The notes: a model not told the origin generated them from the sequence alone. DNA of 64,000 nt from Candidatus Poseidoniaceae archaeon (GCA_938030705.1 CALHIR010000003.1:36706-100705); one strand, 5' to 3'. Counted from the first letter of the stretch, positions 29,315 through 39,473 are shown. Program-made: numbers and translations.

Positions 29315-32300
29315 ATGTTTGAATTCCCAGCAGGAACGCCCATTAACGAAACCATCACCTTGGAGGAAGGGAGGCTACAGCCCTTCGCTCACGGCGCTAT
29401 TTCCACCTACCTTGGCCGACGTAAAACACCGGTAGGCCATCGTCTCGTTCGCGGCGGTCGAGTGGTCGGCTACCTTGCCGATGCCGATGAGAAAAACACC
29501 TTGTTGGGCGGGATAGAAGCCAAGCATCAACTGGAACATCTCGAAGCGGAACAGAAGTTCCGTCACCTCGCCACGTCCTACAGCATCGCCGAACTGGGCA
29601 GCCTTGCTGAACTCGTACCGGAAGCCTTCGTTCACCAAGCTGACCGTCAAGGACTGAAATCATCGACCAACGCGGTCGAACGCTTGCTTTCTCGCGACCT
29701 TTCCACCGTCATTCGAACCTTGGAAACAAACACCACGGTTCGAGGCGCTATGGCCATTGACAGCGGGATGCTCATCGACCACGTCGGCGACCTTCCCGGC
29801 CTCGGAGAAGAAGAACGCCTGGCCGGTGAACTTCACGAGATGATGGCCGCCTTGGGTGGGCAAGAAGTCCACAGCCAGTGGGGCATGAAAGGCCAAAGCC
29901 ACTGGACCCTTCACACCGAGACCGGCGCACTGCTCTTGGCCCAAAGCGGCGAAATTTCCCTTGCCGTATGGACCGAAAAAGACGCCAATCACGCGCGGCT
30001 CCTTTCCTCCGCTTCCATCGCGTTGGATGGCGAGATTGTGGCGGCTGGTGCTCACGGCTCCAAGATGCCCGAAGGGTTTGTGCTACGAGATGGGCGAGGA
30101 GGACCCGATGCGGTCATCTCCATGCTGAAAGCCGGACGAGAAGAGGAGGTCACTGGCCATATTCAATCCGGCTCCTCCAGTAAAGCCGTGTCCTTGGTGC
30201 TTTCACGAGGCGTCCCTGTTGCATTGTGGGCACCCGCCTTTGAGAGCGAAGAGGAAGCGATGTTGGCACTGACGGAGGCCAAAAGAAAGATCCAACTCCT
30301 TCGTTTCCCGGCTGGAACCATCGTCTCGGCCAGCTCTGGAACGGTCGAATCTTTCACCCTGTCCAGTTTCATTCAATCGCTCGCCACCGTACGTACCCGC
30401 TCCGAAGCACGGCAGGCCTCCCTCAAGAGCCTCCTTGACGACATGCTTGGATTCCATGCAGGGCTTGAGTCCATGCAGAAACAACGTGCAAAGATGGTGT
30501 TCAAATCCGACGGCGCAGACGTCGCCGAACCGCTTCCCGTGATGCGGGATGAAGCGGTAACTGCGGTGGATGCTGGCCTTCGGAGAAAACTGGAAAAGGC
30601 CGAACAGACCGTTGATGAACTCAACAAAAGCAAAGCGGTCTTGGAAGGCCAGTTGAAAGCCTTGGAGAAGAAAAAAGATGCTGCGCAAATCGTGGCCAGG
30701 GAAGCGGCAGAATCTCGGCAAGAGAACACCACGGCACTTGAAGAAGCTCATGCACAACTCAACACCATGCAAGTTGACCTTGCGCAGGCCAGAGGCCAAG
30801 CCGAGGAAGCAGAATCACGAGCAGAACGCTTGGTTCGCCGAGTCAATGAATTGGAGCACCAGGTCAGCCAACGGGCCGCTGAACTCGCTAAGGCCCTCGG
30901 TGATGCTGATAGCAGTGCTGAATTGAGAGAAGCCATTGAAACTCTGTCCCTCAAGGAGGCGGAATTGCAAGCTAGTCTTGCAGAAGGCAGCGAACGCCTC
31001 GGTACCATTCGAAAACAAAGCGAAGATGAAGAACGGCGATTGCGGGTTCTCAGCGAACAGGTCAACACCAGTCGCGAACGCCACGCTCGGGTTCAATCGG
31101 ACTTGATCACCGTGCAAGAGCAGGTGCATGTCGGTAATTTGGAACTTGAATCCGTCCGGACAGAGGAAAAGCATGCCCGGCAACGAACGGAAGAAGACCG
31201 TCTCCGACGAGTGGAAGAGGAATCACGCCGTTCCAACATTCAAGCTGAACTACGAGAACTCATGGACGAACGCCGTCAAGTGCTCCGAGAATTGGGTGAT
31301 TTAGGCGCCCGTCGTGGACATGCAGAGGCTGAACTGGCGTCCCTTGTGGACAAGGCCACCTCATTGGCTGAAGCGCATGAAGAGGCCCTCGCCGACATTC
31401 AGGAAGCCGAGCGCCTGCGAGCCCGCCTCGCCGAAGAACCGCTCGCTCAAGCCTTGCTCGATGACAACAACACCTTCCTCGGCCTTGGACCGGTGCTTGA
31501 GCGCTTGGAACACGCCCGAGGCCTCGGATATTCGGTGACCATGCTCGACCGTGCCGTTGAACGTGCGCTTCAAGTGATTCAAGGCACGGTAGACCACGTG
31601 GCGGCAACACCCCGTCACCTGCTCTCCTCAGAGGTCATGACGCTCCTCGAGCGCCAAGTTCCTCAGACGGCAGGAGCCGTGCGAGGCTTGGCCCGATGGT
31701 CTGTCCAGCAACGTCTCGAGCAACAATTGGGCGAAACGGTAAATCATGTCGTGGTTGACCTTGAACACCTGCTCGAAGATTTCGACCGTTCCATCACGAT
31801 GCTCCGGCGTATTCGCAACGTTCTCGAGCAAGTTGAACGGCTTGGAGCACCTTCCCATGAGGTCCATGCCCTGCTGGCCAATTGTCAACGACCAGAAGCC
31901 CTTCCAAGCTTGGCTCAAGGGACGAGAAAACTCATCCAAGTTGCCCTTGATGACATCTATCTTGAAGCCGACCAACGAGACGCAGGTGAAGCCATTGGCT
32001 TGGAAGAAACGGCTCGTGTGCTCGAGGAACTCATTACCCAACTCGACGCTTCGGGATTGACTGACGGCCGCCCACGTGGCATGATGTGGGAATTCCAGCG
32101 GGACGGTTTGTTGCCCTTTGAGCGCGAATCCATCCCTGCTGAACAACGGATACCGGTAAACGAAGCCATGCTTCATGACCTTGAGCCTCATTTGGTGCAA
32201 GCCGAGGAAGTTTCGGTGGTGGAGGCCAGCGGTGAATCCGTCGACGATGAGGGGTGGTCGCCGCTCCCCCCACCCGGGGACGATGAGAACGAGGCCCTCG

Positions 32301-32491
32301 CCGAAGCAACATCCACCTACACCCCCACCTCTTCCCCGAGTCTGGACGATGAGCGGGCCGTATTGGAGGCTGAACTCGCACGTTTGGATGCTGAACGGAG
32401 CCATCGAACCGCACACGACCCCGTGGCCACACCGGCCAAAGACACGGCGTTGGCAGATTTAGAATCTCGACTTTCCGACCTTGACTTTTGA
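29315..32491 (+). CDS. Multidomain protein: DUF2226-like, roadblock, DUF2226-like, long coiled coil, acidic tail
   Basis: MFEFPAG...GRVVG...YSIAELGSLAELVPEAF; roadblock-like TVRGAMAIDSGMLI...LAVWTEKDANHARL; second MPEG...TGHI module; roughly 300-aa heptad-rich region. Confidence 0.7.
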   Translation: MFEFPAGTPINETITLEEGRLQPFAHGAISTYLGRRKTPVGHRLVRGGRVVGYLADADEKNTLLGGIEAKHQLEHLEAEQKFRHLATSYSIAELGSLAELVPEAFVHQADRQGLKSSTNAVERLLSRDLSTVIRTLETNTTVRGAMAIDSGMLIDHVGDLPGLGEEERLAGELHEMMAALGGQEVHSQWGMKGQSHWTLHTETGALLLAQSGEISLAVWTEKDANHARLLSSASIALDGEIVAAGAHGSKMPEGFVLRDGRGGPDAVISMLKAGREEEVTGHIQSGSSSKAVSLVLSRGVPVALWAPAFESEEEAMLALTEAKRKIQLLRFPAGTIVSASSGTVESFTLSSFIQSLATVRTRSEARQASLKSLLDDMLGFHAGLESMQKQRAKMVFKSDGADVAEPLPVMRDEAVTAVDAGLRRKLEKAEQTVDELNKSKAVLEGQLKALEKKKDAAQIVAREAAESRQENTTALEEAHAQLNTMQVDLAQARGQAEEAESRAERLVRRVNELEHQVSQRAAELAKALGDADSSAELREAIETLSLKEAELQASLAEGSERLGTIRKQSEDEERRLRVLSEQVNTSRERHARVQSDLITVQEQVHVGNLELESVRTEEKHARQRTEEDRLRRVEEESRRSNIQAELRELMDERRQVLRELGDLGARRGHAEAELASLVDKATSLAEAHEEALADIQEAERLRARLAEEPLAQALLDDNNTFLGLGPVLERLEHARGLGYSVTMLDRAVERALQVIQGTVDHVAATPRHLLSSEVMTLLERQVPQTAGAVRGLARWSVQQRLEQQLGETVNHVVVDLEHLLEDFDRSITMLRRIRNVLEQVERLGAPSHEVHALLANCQRPEALPSLAQGTRKLIQVALDDIYLEADQRDAGEAIGLEETARVLEELITQLDASGLTDGRPRGMMWEFQRDGLLPFERESIPAEQRIPVNEAMLHDLEPHLVQAEEVSVVEASGESVDDEGWSPLPPPGDDENEALAEATSTYTPTSSPSLDDERAVLEAELARLDAERSHRTAHDPVATPAKDTALADLESRLSDLDF

Positions 32492-32499
32492 AGATCGAC

Positions 32500-32745
32500 A
32501 TGTCTGACGAAACCAGCACCCTCATGGGACGCCATGAATCCCTCGGAAAACCCTACCCGCTTTGGGTGGAACGCCTTTTGCTGCTGATGGCCATTCTGGC
32601 CTTCGTATTCTTCAATTCCAGCGTCAATCAGGCGGTTGGGCACGATGTGTTGGGTCCTTTCGTCGCCTACATTGCTTACCCGCTTGCCCTGTTGGCGGCA
32701 ATTGAAATGGTGGGACGTGCACTTCAACAAAGCAGAGCATCATAG
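32500..32745 (+). CDS. Small two-TM membrane protein
   Basis: Two hydrophobic helices; starts 8 bp after the preceding stop. Confidence 0.7.
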   Translation: MSDETSTLMGRHESLGKPYPLWVERLLLLMAILAFVFFNSSVNQAVGHDVLGPFVAYIAYPLALLAAIEMVGRALQQSRAS

Positions 32746-33957
32746 CTGAGTGAATTCCTTTGAATCCGGTTCTGGCGGGAAGCGGTTGGTTCGAGATTGG
32801 ATGAACCCGATGACCCGCTGCCAGGGAATGAAGAAGCGGAGCACGGCCATGATGCTCAAGAAGAGCAGGGCAGAAATAACGAGGCCATAGGTGAGGGTGA
32901 GTTCAATGGATTCAGAGACTTGACCCGCCCATTGACTTCCGGTCGTGTCGGAGACGATGGTGAGTAAGACCTTGTGGAATCCAAGGGCAACCATGGTCGC
33001 AATACCGGTCAAACCCAAAAACAAGAAGGTATGACGAAGGTGAGTGTTGAGGACGTTGTCCATTTGACGCACATACTCGGGGTCTCGCTTGCAGGATTCT
33101 GGGAGGCGGAACGCGTACTCGAGGTTGCGAATGACACCGTAGCTCGCTTCTTGGAAAACCATGATGAGCACTGCGATGAGAATCAGATTGAACTGTTCTT
33201 GCGTCACCAATTTAAGACCGAACAGCCCGATGGTAGGGTCCGATGTTTGACTCTCGAGCGTGGCCAGTGCGCCCCCATAGGACCCGAGTTGTGATTTGAT
33301 GAGCGGGAACGTTAGGATGGCGTGGATGCCGAGGAACAACAAGGTGAAGCCGATGGCCCATGCAATGGATCGTCGGGACAAACCCCAGATGCCACGTGTC
33401 CCCATGATGACGGGGAGGAGATAGATGAAGAGAATCATGAGCGACATGATCATCAACAATGGCCATTGAAGCGTTTCCAATTCATTGTTGGTTGGCAAGC
33501 GCAGTTCAAAGGAAAACAGCATGCCGGCGAACCAGGAGAGCACCAATCGGCCGACGAGTAATACGATGAGTCCGACGATAAAACCGAGTTTGATGCGCTG
33601 CTGGACCTTCGGAGACTGGAAGGCGATAAGGGCCATGGTACCGCCCAGACTCAACCCTAAAACCAGCGGGACAAAGAACCGACCCATGCCGTTGCGACCC
33701 TCGCCCGTAAGCCAGTCGCCCAAGGGCAGTTGGTCGGAGATCAACAACTCGATGGAATCGAAAAGAATGGTGTGGTCGATGGTGCCAACAACATAGGTGG
33801 AAACCACTTCCAAATACATGCCAATCAGGGCCACGGTGGCGACAATCTGGAGGGCAAGAATCTGCCACTGCCGCCGTAGATTCTTCAAGTGAAGCGTACG
33901 GGGTTTGGAAGCCCCGTCGAGGTAAACGTCCGATTGAAGACCGACTTCACCAGCCAT
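32740..33957 (-). CDS. Polytopic membrane protein
   Basis: About eight hydrophobic segments; 1 bp downstream of the DUF58 gene. Confidence 0.75.
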   Translation of the reverse strand: MAGEVGLQSDVYLDGASKPRTLHLKNLRRQWQILALQIVATVALIGMYLEVVSTYVVGTIDHTILFDSIELLISDQLPLGDWLTGEGRNGMGRFFVPLVLGLSLGGTMALIAFQSPKVQQRIKLGFIVGLIVLLVGRLVLSWFAGMLFSFELRLPTNNELETLQWPLLMIMSLMILFIYLLPVIMGTRGIWGLSRRSIAWAIGFTLLFLGIHAILTFPLIKSQLGSYGGALATLESQTSDPTIGLFGLKLVTQEQFNLILIAVLIMVFQEASYGVIRNLEYAFRLPESCKRDPEYVRQMDNVLNTHLRHTFLFLGLTGIATMVALGFHKVLLTIVSDTTGSQWAGQVSESIELTLTYGLVISALLFLSIMAVLRFFIPWQRVIGFIQSRTNRFPPEPDSKEFTQL

Positions 33958-33958
33958 T

Positions 33959-35212
33959 TCAGTACCCCCTCACCTGCATCAACGCTTGAGACAAATCCAT
34001 GTCCGGCATCCAGTCAATCACCTGTGCGCCCGAACCTGCAAGCGTGGTCAAACGGTTTTGACGCTCGAGTTTCAGTACTTCGTAGGACATGCGAGGAATG
34101 CGACTCACCAAGCGTTCAAAATCAACGCTGGAGGGCGAGAGAACGGTGACCTCGTGACCTCGGCCGACCAAATCTCGAACCGCTGCTGGCACCGTACCAT
34201 CACCCTCACAGGAGGAGATGATGAACACCGGGCTACCTCGGCTGAAGCGACCACTCAATGAATTGGTGACGGCTTGCAGGGGCATGGCGCCTTGGGGACG
34301 TACGCCGGCAAGTGCGCTGAGGATTTTGAAATACTGCTTGTCACCGGTGTCGGGTGGCAGGTAGGACAGTTTCTCGTCATAGATGGCGAGAGCAACCGAA
34401 TCTCGTCGCTTCAAGAAAAAGGCTGCGAGGCTGGCGGCGGAGACCGTGCCCATTTCGAGCGGGTTTTTGAGGACCGTTCCGATGCGAGCAAGATCCCGAC
34501 TGTCGAGGAGAAGGTAGAGGTCGGTGACGGCATCTCGGCATTTTTCGTTGACCATGAGGTCGCCGGTTCGCGCAAACGCCTTCCAGTTGATGTTCTTGAA
34601 CGGGTCTCCGGGGACGTATTCTCGCAGCGAGTAGAATTCTGAACCCTGACCGGGTGTGCGCAAGGTGGTCGCACCGGTGTACATTTTCGGTGTTCGGCTG
34701 CGGAGGAAGGCTTCCTCAATGTCCTTGATTTGCGGGAAGATGACGATGTCGCTGTGATGGTCGACGTACATCTCCTCAACGCCAAGGTTGAACGTGTTTC
34801 GGGCTCGCAGGGAGACCGGGCCGATGGAATAGTGGCCGCGCAGGGGGCAACGCAGAACGTAGCGAATACGTGCGCTCTCACCTGGGCGAAGATTGAGTTG
34901 CATTTGGTTCAAGCCGCTGCGCAGTTTCATCTCGTGAGGGATGTTGTCGTAAATATCGAGCATCTGTGTTTTCCGATTGCTTCGATTGGTGACGAGAAGT
35001 TCGACATACAAATCATCGCCCTTGTACAGGTTGTCTGCGGACAAGGTGCGTTGAACTTCGACATCGCCGTGCCCCGAGATCCAAGAATTCACCACGATGA
35101 AGGCGATGAGGCTCAACCCGAGAATCATCATTTGTTGGTTTGAAATCATCATTCCAATGAGCACCAGCGCAATACCGCCGGTGAAGGTGAAGGCTGCTTT
35201 ACGGGTCCACAT
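33959..35212 (-). CDS. DUF58 family protein (vWA-like, usually MoxR-associated)
   Basis: GSEFYSLREYVPGDPFKNINWKAFAR signature; N-terminal TM, RGHYSIGP. Confidence 0.9.
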   Translation of the reverse strand: MWTRKAAFTFTGGIALVLIGMMISNQQMMILGLSLIAFIVVNSWISGHGDVEVQRTLSADNLYKGDDLYVELLVTNRSNRKTQMLDIYDNIPHEMKLRSGLNQMQLNLRPGESARIRYVLRCPLRGHYSIGPVSLRARNTFNLGVEEMYVDHHSDIVIFPQIKDIEEAFLRSRTPKMYTGATTLRTPGQGSEFYSLREYVPGDPFKNINWKAFARTGDLMVNEKCRDAVTDLYLLLDSRDLARIGTVLKNPLEMGTVSAASLAAFFLKRRDSVALAIYDEKLSYLPPDTGDKQYFKILSALAGVRPQGAMPLQAVTNSLSGRFSRGSPVFIISSCEGDGTVPAAVRDLVGRGHEVTVLSPSSVDFERLVSRIPRMSYEVLKLERQNRLTTLAGSGAQVIDWMPDMDLSQALMQVRGY

Positions 35213-35221
35213 CTTCACACC

Positions 35222-36835
35222 TCATTGACGACCCCACGCCTTGATTCGTTTCACCAGCGCAACAGTTTGTTCTAGCGTGTATTTATTGCTGGATTCAACG
35301 GCGAATTTTGCAAGCACCGGGTCGTTGATCATCGACACCAGTTCATTGGCCTTCATCGCTTGGAATTCTTCTCGGTTCAGCCCGTTTTGGTTGCGTACCT
35401 TGGAAAGGAAGACTTGTCGAATCTTTTCAACTTTGGAATAATACGCATAGCGGTTAGCATCACCAAAGCCGTAGTAGATGATGCTGAAAACGTGGCGCCA
35501 AGGCTCAGGATCTCGCTTCTTGATGAGCACCGCTTCAAAGGTGATGAAGAGGATGAGGAACAACAAGAGCATGGCCAATCCTTCGCCGGTGAAGTAAACC
35601 AAGAGGAAGTAAACCGTGTTGTAGGAATCAGCAGCCAGTGCACTCTGCGGATGGCGTGATTCATCAAAAATCACCATGGCGTTTTCAGCCGGTTCGCCCA
35701 CTTCGTCAACCCGCTCGCTCATCAAGGCTTCAGCGATGAAATCAAGCGCCCACTTTCGGTTGTCATTCTTGGGCATCATCGTGTCGGTCGGGCCGTATTT
35801 GCCATCATTGAAACCCTCGTAATCGTACATGGCGTTGATGAGGGCTGAACCGTCGGCGACGAATACGATGCGCCCGCCGTCGGAGGGCGAACAACTGGCG
35901 CGAGCACACGCCTCGATACTGAGGTTGAATTGTCCCCATCGGTCAGGAGTTTCGGGTGTAATTTCGTTCCCGACCCAAATCTCACCGTCGCCGTTCACGT
36001 CAACCGTGGCTTCGTTGCTGGTCAAGGCCCGAACAGCCACTTCAGAGAGTGGCCCACGCACACCGGGAATGACTTCCAATCCGGTGATGTTGTTGAGCAA
36101 GAGTTGGTAGCTGCCGTTGTAATCAACAAGGCCGTTGATCATGTGTTGCTCACAAAGCGGCGCCTCCCCCGGAAGGAAGTTCTCTTCGTTGAGTTTCGAG
36201 CACGGGTGTTCGCCAGGCCCGCCCGCTTTCGCCCATCGTTCATGAGTGGAGAGGGTGGAAGGGTCAAGCTGGGTGCCGTTCATGCCACACGGGTTGTTTT
36301 GAATGCACATCCAGACATAGTTGAAATCCAATTCCGTTGCGTAGGTGGTGTCGTACACCTGTTCGCCGGTGAAACGGATGCCAAAGGCTTCAGCGATGGT
36401 GTTGGCGTAGCCGTAGTCTTCGAACACCATGGCGGTGCCGCCGGCCTCAACGAATTCAACGATGGCGTTGATTTCTGAAGGCGAATAACCGGCACCTGAG
36501 GCGATGGTGATGAAACCGTCATCGTCAAACTGGGGCAACGAGAGGGTGTCCCGCTCAACACCGGCCAGTACGTACGTCGTGTTGCGTGGGTCTTCGATGT
36601 CGGCAAGCAAGAGCGGACTGCTCACCAAAGACCGGGTCTCAATGCCCATGGCCTTGATGTCCTCTCGAAAAGCCGACATATCGTTCCAATCGTCATCGTA
36701 AGCAGAGAGTTGATTCGTAGCACTGATGTTGATGAAATTCAAAAGAATCGTCATCAAAAGAATGAGCATTACCGCCCAAAACGATGCTTGAAGGGCCAGC
36801 CTTCGTGCATTGAAATTGGCAGGGAGGCCTAACAT
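35222..36835 (-). CDS. DUF4350-like membrane-anchored protein
   Basis: N-terminal TM, SAYDDDWNDMSAF, FVEAGGT..FEDYGYAN, GRIVFVADGSALINAM, VIFDESRH, C-terminal TM. Confidence 0.75.
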   Translation of the reverse strand: MLGLPANFNARRLALQASFWAVMLILLMTILLNFINISATNQLSAYDDDWNDMSAFREDIKAMGIETRSLVSSPLLLADIEDPRNTTYVLAGVERDTLSLPQFDDDGFITIASGAGYSPSEINAIVEFVEAGGTAMVFEDYGYANTIAEAFGIRFTGEQVYDTTYATELDFNYVWMCIQNNPCGMNGTQLDPSTLSTHERWAKAGGPGEHPCSKLNEENFLPGEAPLCEQHMINGLVDYNGSYQLLLNNITGLEVIPGVRGPLSEVAVRALTSNEATVDVNGDGEIWVGNEITPETPDRWGQFNLSIEACARASCSPSDGGRIVFVADGSALINAMYDYEGFNDGKYGPTDTMMPKNDNRKWALDFIAEALMSERVDEVGEPAENAMVIFDESRHPQSALAADSYNTVYFLLVYFTGEGLAMLLLFLILFITFEAVLIKKRDPEPWRHVFSIIYYGFGDANRYAYYSKVEKIRQVFLSKVRNQNGLNREEFQAMKANELVSMINDPVLAKFAVESSNKYTLEQTVALVKRIKAWGRQ

Positions 36836-36937
36836 ACGAATCACTGGGACAGGATTCCCAGTCTTCCACGGCCCATGATGACTTTAGAAGGTTGTCCACC
36901 ATGGTGGAGAAAATGCTCATCGCTACATCACGTTCAA

Positions 36938-37177
36938 TCACGTGTTCAAATGTATTTTTTCAGCGATGCGAGCGACCGCCGTCCCGGGTATTTTGACGAT
37001 TCTTCCTTCGTGCTCAAAGGGGAGGATAGCGGGGTCGATATCCGCCTCGACCTGAACCATAAGTTCGCTGATGAGGCCGGTGTTGAGGTCAACGTGGATA
37101 TCGGTCAGAACCCCCATGGGCTCTCCGGTTCGGTCAACCACGGTGTTTCCGAGGATTTCCCGACCAAAAATCGCCAT
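36938..37177 (-). CDS. Stand-alone PRC-barrel protein (CdpB-like)
   Basis: 79 aa MAIFGREILGNTVVDRTGEPMGVLTDIHVDLNTGLISELMV...IPGTAVARIAEKIHL: PRC-barrel pattern. Confidence 0.85.
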   Translation of the reverse strand: MAIFGREILGNTVVDRTGEPMGVLTDIHVDLNTGLISELMVQVEADIDPAILPFEHEGRIVKIPGTAVARIAEKIHLNT

Positions 37178-37244
37178 CGCGTCAAACTCCTCGCTCTTCT
37201 TGGAAGACTGGAACCAAATCAATGCGTCGGTGGCTCGGCCAGCC

Positions 37245-39473
37245 TCACATCGTTTCCATGCCGCGACTGAAGTCTCGGTTTCGCTTGATGTTGGTCAGTC
37301 CGGAGGTCAACCGCTCCTCCATCTTCTGGTAGTATTCCAGCATGTCCGGGGTGACGGTGGGCCGCACTCGTGAAATCGCTTCCTCAAAGTGGGCCTTGGT
37401 GACCTTCTTTTTTCCAGTACGCATACAGATGAGCGCTGCTTCTCGGCAGACCGCCTCGATGTCAGCACCGGTAAAGCCGTCCATGCCCGTCAAGATATCC
37501 TTGAACGAAAATTTGCTCAACGGCATGCCTTCGCTGTGGATGTTGAAAATGGATTCCCGCGCACCTGCATCGGGGGGTGGCACGTGGAGAACTCGCTCAA
37601 AGCGACCGCTTCGGAGGAGAGCGGGGTCAATCATCTCAGGACGATTGGTCGCCGCCACGATGATGACGCCGTCCAATGATTCAACGCCGTCCATGCTGGC
37701 GAGCAGTTGGTTCACGACACGGTTGCCGACATCGCTTCCTTCCGAGGCGCTGCCACCACTCCTCATCGAGGCGATGGATTCGAACTCGTCGAGGAAGATG
37801 ATCGACGGTGCCGACTGCTTGGCTTTCTTGAAAATCTCACGAATGGCCCGTTCGGATTCCCCGACCCACTTGGAGATGAGTTCAGGGCCCTTGATGCTGA
37901 TGAAATTGGCTTGAGCTTCGTTGGCGATGGCCTTGGCGAGCAAGGTTTTGCCAGTACCGGGCGCTCCGAACAGGACGATGCCTCGGGGGGGCTTGATGCC
38001 AAAGTGTTCAAACAGTTCGGGCTTGGTCAGCGGCCATTCAACCGATTCCTTGAGTCGGTCCTTCACTTCCTGAAGGCCACCGACCTCGGTCCAACCGACC
38101 TCGGGGACTTCAACGTAAATTTCACGCAGGGCCGAGGGTTCAATGTCCCGAATGGCTTCCTTAAAGTCGTCCATACAGACTTCCATTTTCTCGAGGACCT
38201 CGGGCGGGAGGGTCTCTTCTTCGAGGTCGATTTCGGGCAGATAGCGTCGCAACGCCCGCATGGCGGCCTCTCGAACGAGGGCGGCGAGATCTGCCCCGAC
38301 GAAGCCGTAGGTGTTGTCAAGGACCCAACCGATGTCAAAGTCATCTGAAATGGGCATCTGCCGTGTGTGTACGTCCATGATTTCGCTGCGGCCTTCACGG
38401 TCGGGGACGCCAATCTCGATTTCACGGTCAAAGCGACCTGGTCGGCGAAGGGCCGGGTCAAGGGCGTCGCGTCGGTTGGTGGCACCGATGACCACGACGT
38501 TGTCGCGGCCTTGCATACCGTCCATCAAGGTCAGCATCTGGGCGACCACACGGCGTTCAACTTCACCCGTGACGTCCTCGCGTTTTGGACAGATGGAGTC
38601 AATCTCGTCAATGAACACGATAGCAGGGGCGTTGTCAGCCGCCTCGTCAAAGATTTCACGAAGTTGTTTTTCCGATTCGCCGTAGTACTTTGAAATGATT
38701 TCAGGGCCGTTAATGCTCTTGAAGTGAGCGTTGACTTCGGTGGCGACCGCCTTGGCGATCATCGTTTTCCCGGTGCCGGGGGGGCCGTGGAGCAGGACAC
38801 CTTTGGGCGGGTCAATGCCGAGCCGACGGAATAATTCTGGATGTTTGAGTGGCAACTCAATCATTTCACGTACCTTCAGAAGTTGTTGACCAATCCCACC
38901 GACGTCCTCGTAGGTGATGCCTTCGGATTGACCGACGTCTTCCTCAGCAACGGCTTCGTCTTTGATGACAATGTCGGTGTCCGTCGTTACCACCACGATG
39001 CCTTTTGGCACGGTCTGCACGACGGCAAAGGGGAGCGCTTCGGCGAAAAGGGTCATTCCGGGAATAAAGATACGGTCACCGGCCACGACGGGGCGCTTAG
39101 CGAGACCTCGCTTGGCGAAGCCTTCGATGCCCGGCCCGAATTTGACTTTCTGCTTGTTGGCCATGACCGGAGAGATGGTCAATTTCTTGCATTCCTCTGC
39201 CTTGACTTTGCGAACCGTGACCCGGTCGCCAAGACTGACACCTGCGTTTTTCCGGATGATACCATCCACTCGTATGATGTCCATTTTGGCATCCTCTGGT
39301 CTGCTGCGCCAGTAAATGGCGGCGGTGGAGCGTTCCTCGCCGCTGATTTCGACAAAGTCTCCCGGCTTGAGGTCAAGACCCATTTCAGAGGAGATGCGCG
39401 CCCTTCCGAAGCCAACGTCGGAAGGAACTGCTTTGGATACGCGGAGTTCAATGTTGTCGTCTTTGTCTGCCAT
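37245..39473 (-). CDS. cdc48: CDC48/VAT family AAA+ ATPase
   Basis: N domain plus two AAA modules (GPPGTGKT/IDEID, GAPGTGKT/LDEFE), pore loops KYYG and KWVG; ATG 39473. Confidence 0.97.
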   Translation of the reverse strand: MADKDDNIELRVSKAVPSDVGFGRARISSEMGLDLKPGDFVEISGEERSTAAIYWRSRPEDAKMDIIRVDGIIRKNAGVSLGDRVTVRKVKAEECKKLTISPVMANKQKVKFGPGIEGFAKRGLAKRPVVAGDRIFIPGMTLFAEALPFAVVQTVPKGIVVVTTDTDIVIKDEAVAEEDVGQSEGITYEDVGGIGQQLLKVREMIELPLKHPELFRRLGIDPPKGVLLHGPPGTGKTMIAKAVATEVNAHFKSINGPEIISKYYGESEKQLREIFDEAADNAPAIVFIDEIDSICPKREDVTGEVERRVVAQMLTLMDGMQGRDNVVVIGATNRRDALDPALRRPGRFDREIEIGVPDREGRSEIMDVHTRQMPISDDFDIGWVLDNTYGFVGADLAALVREAAMRALRRYLPEIDLEEETLPPEVLEKMEVCMDDFKEAIRDIEPSALREIYVEVPEVGWTEVGGLQEVKDRLKESVEWPLTKPELFEHFGIKPPRGIVLFGAPGTGKTLLAKAIANEAQANFISIKGPELISKWVGESERAIREIFKKAKQSAPSIIFLDEFESIASMRSGGSASEGSDVGNRVVNQLLASMDGVESLDGVIIVAATNRPEMIDPALLRSGRFERVLHVPPPDAGARESIFNIHSEGMPLSKFSFKDILTGMDGFTGADIEAVCREAALICMRTGKKKVTKAHFEEAISRVRPTVTPDMLEYYQKMEERLTSGLTNIKRNRDFSRGMETM

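Noticed and set aside
29315-32491. SMC/Rad50 chromosome segregation protein
   Set aside because: Coiled coil present but no Walker A, Walker B or ABC signature.
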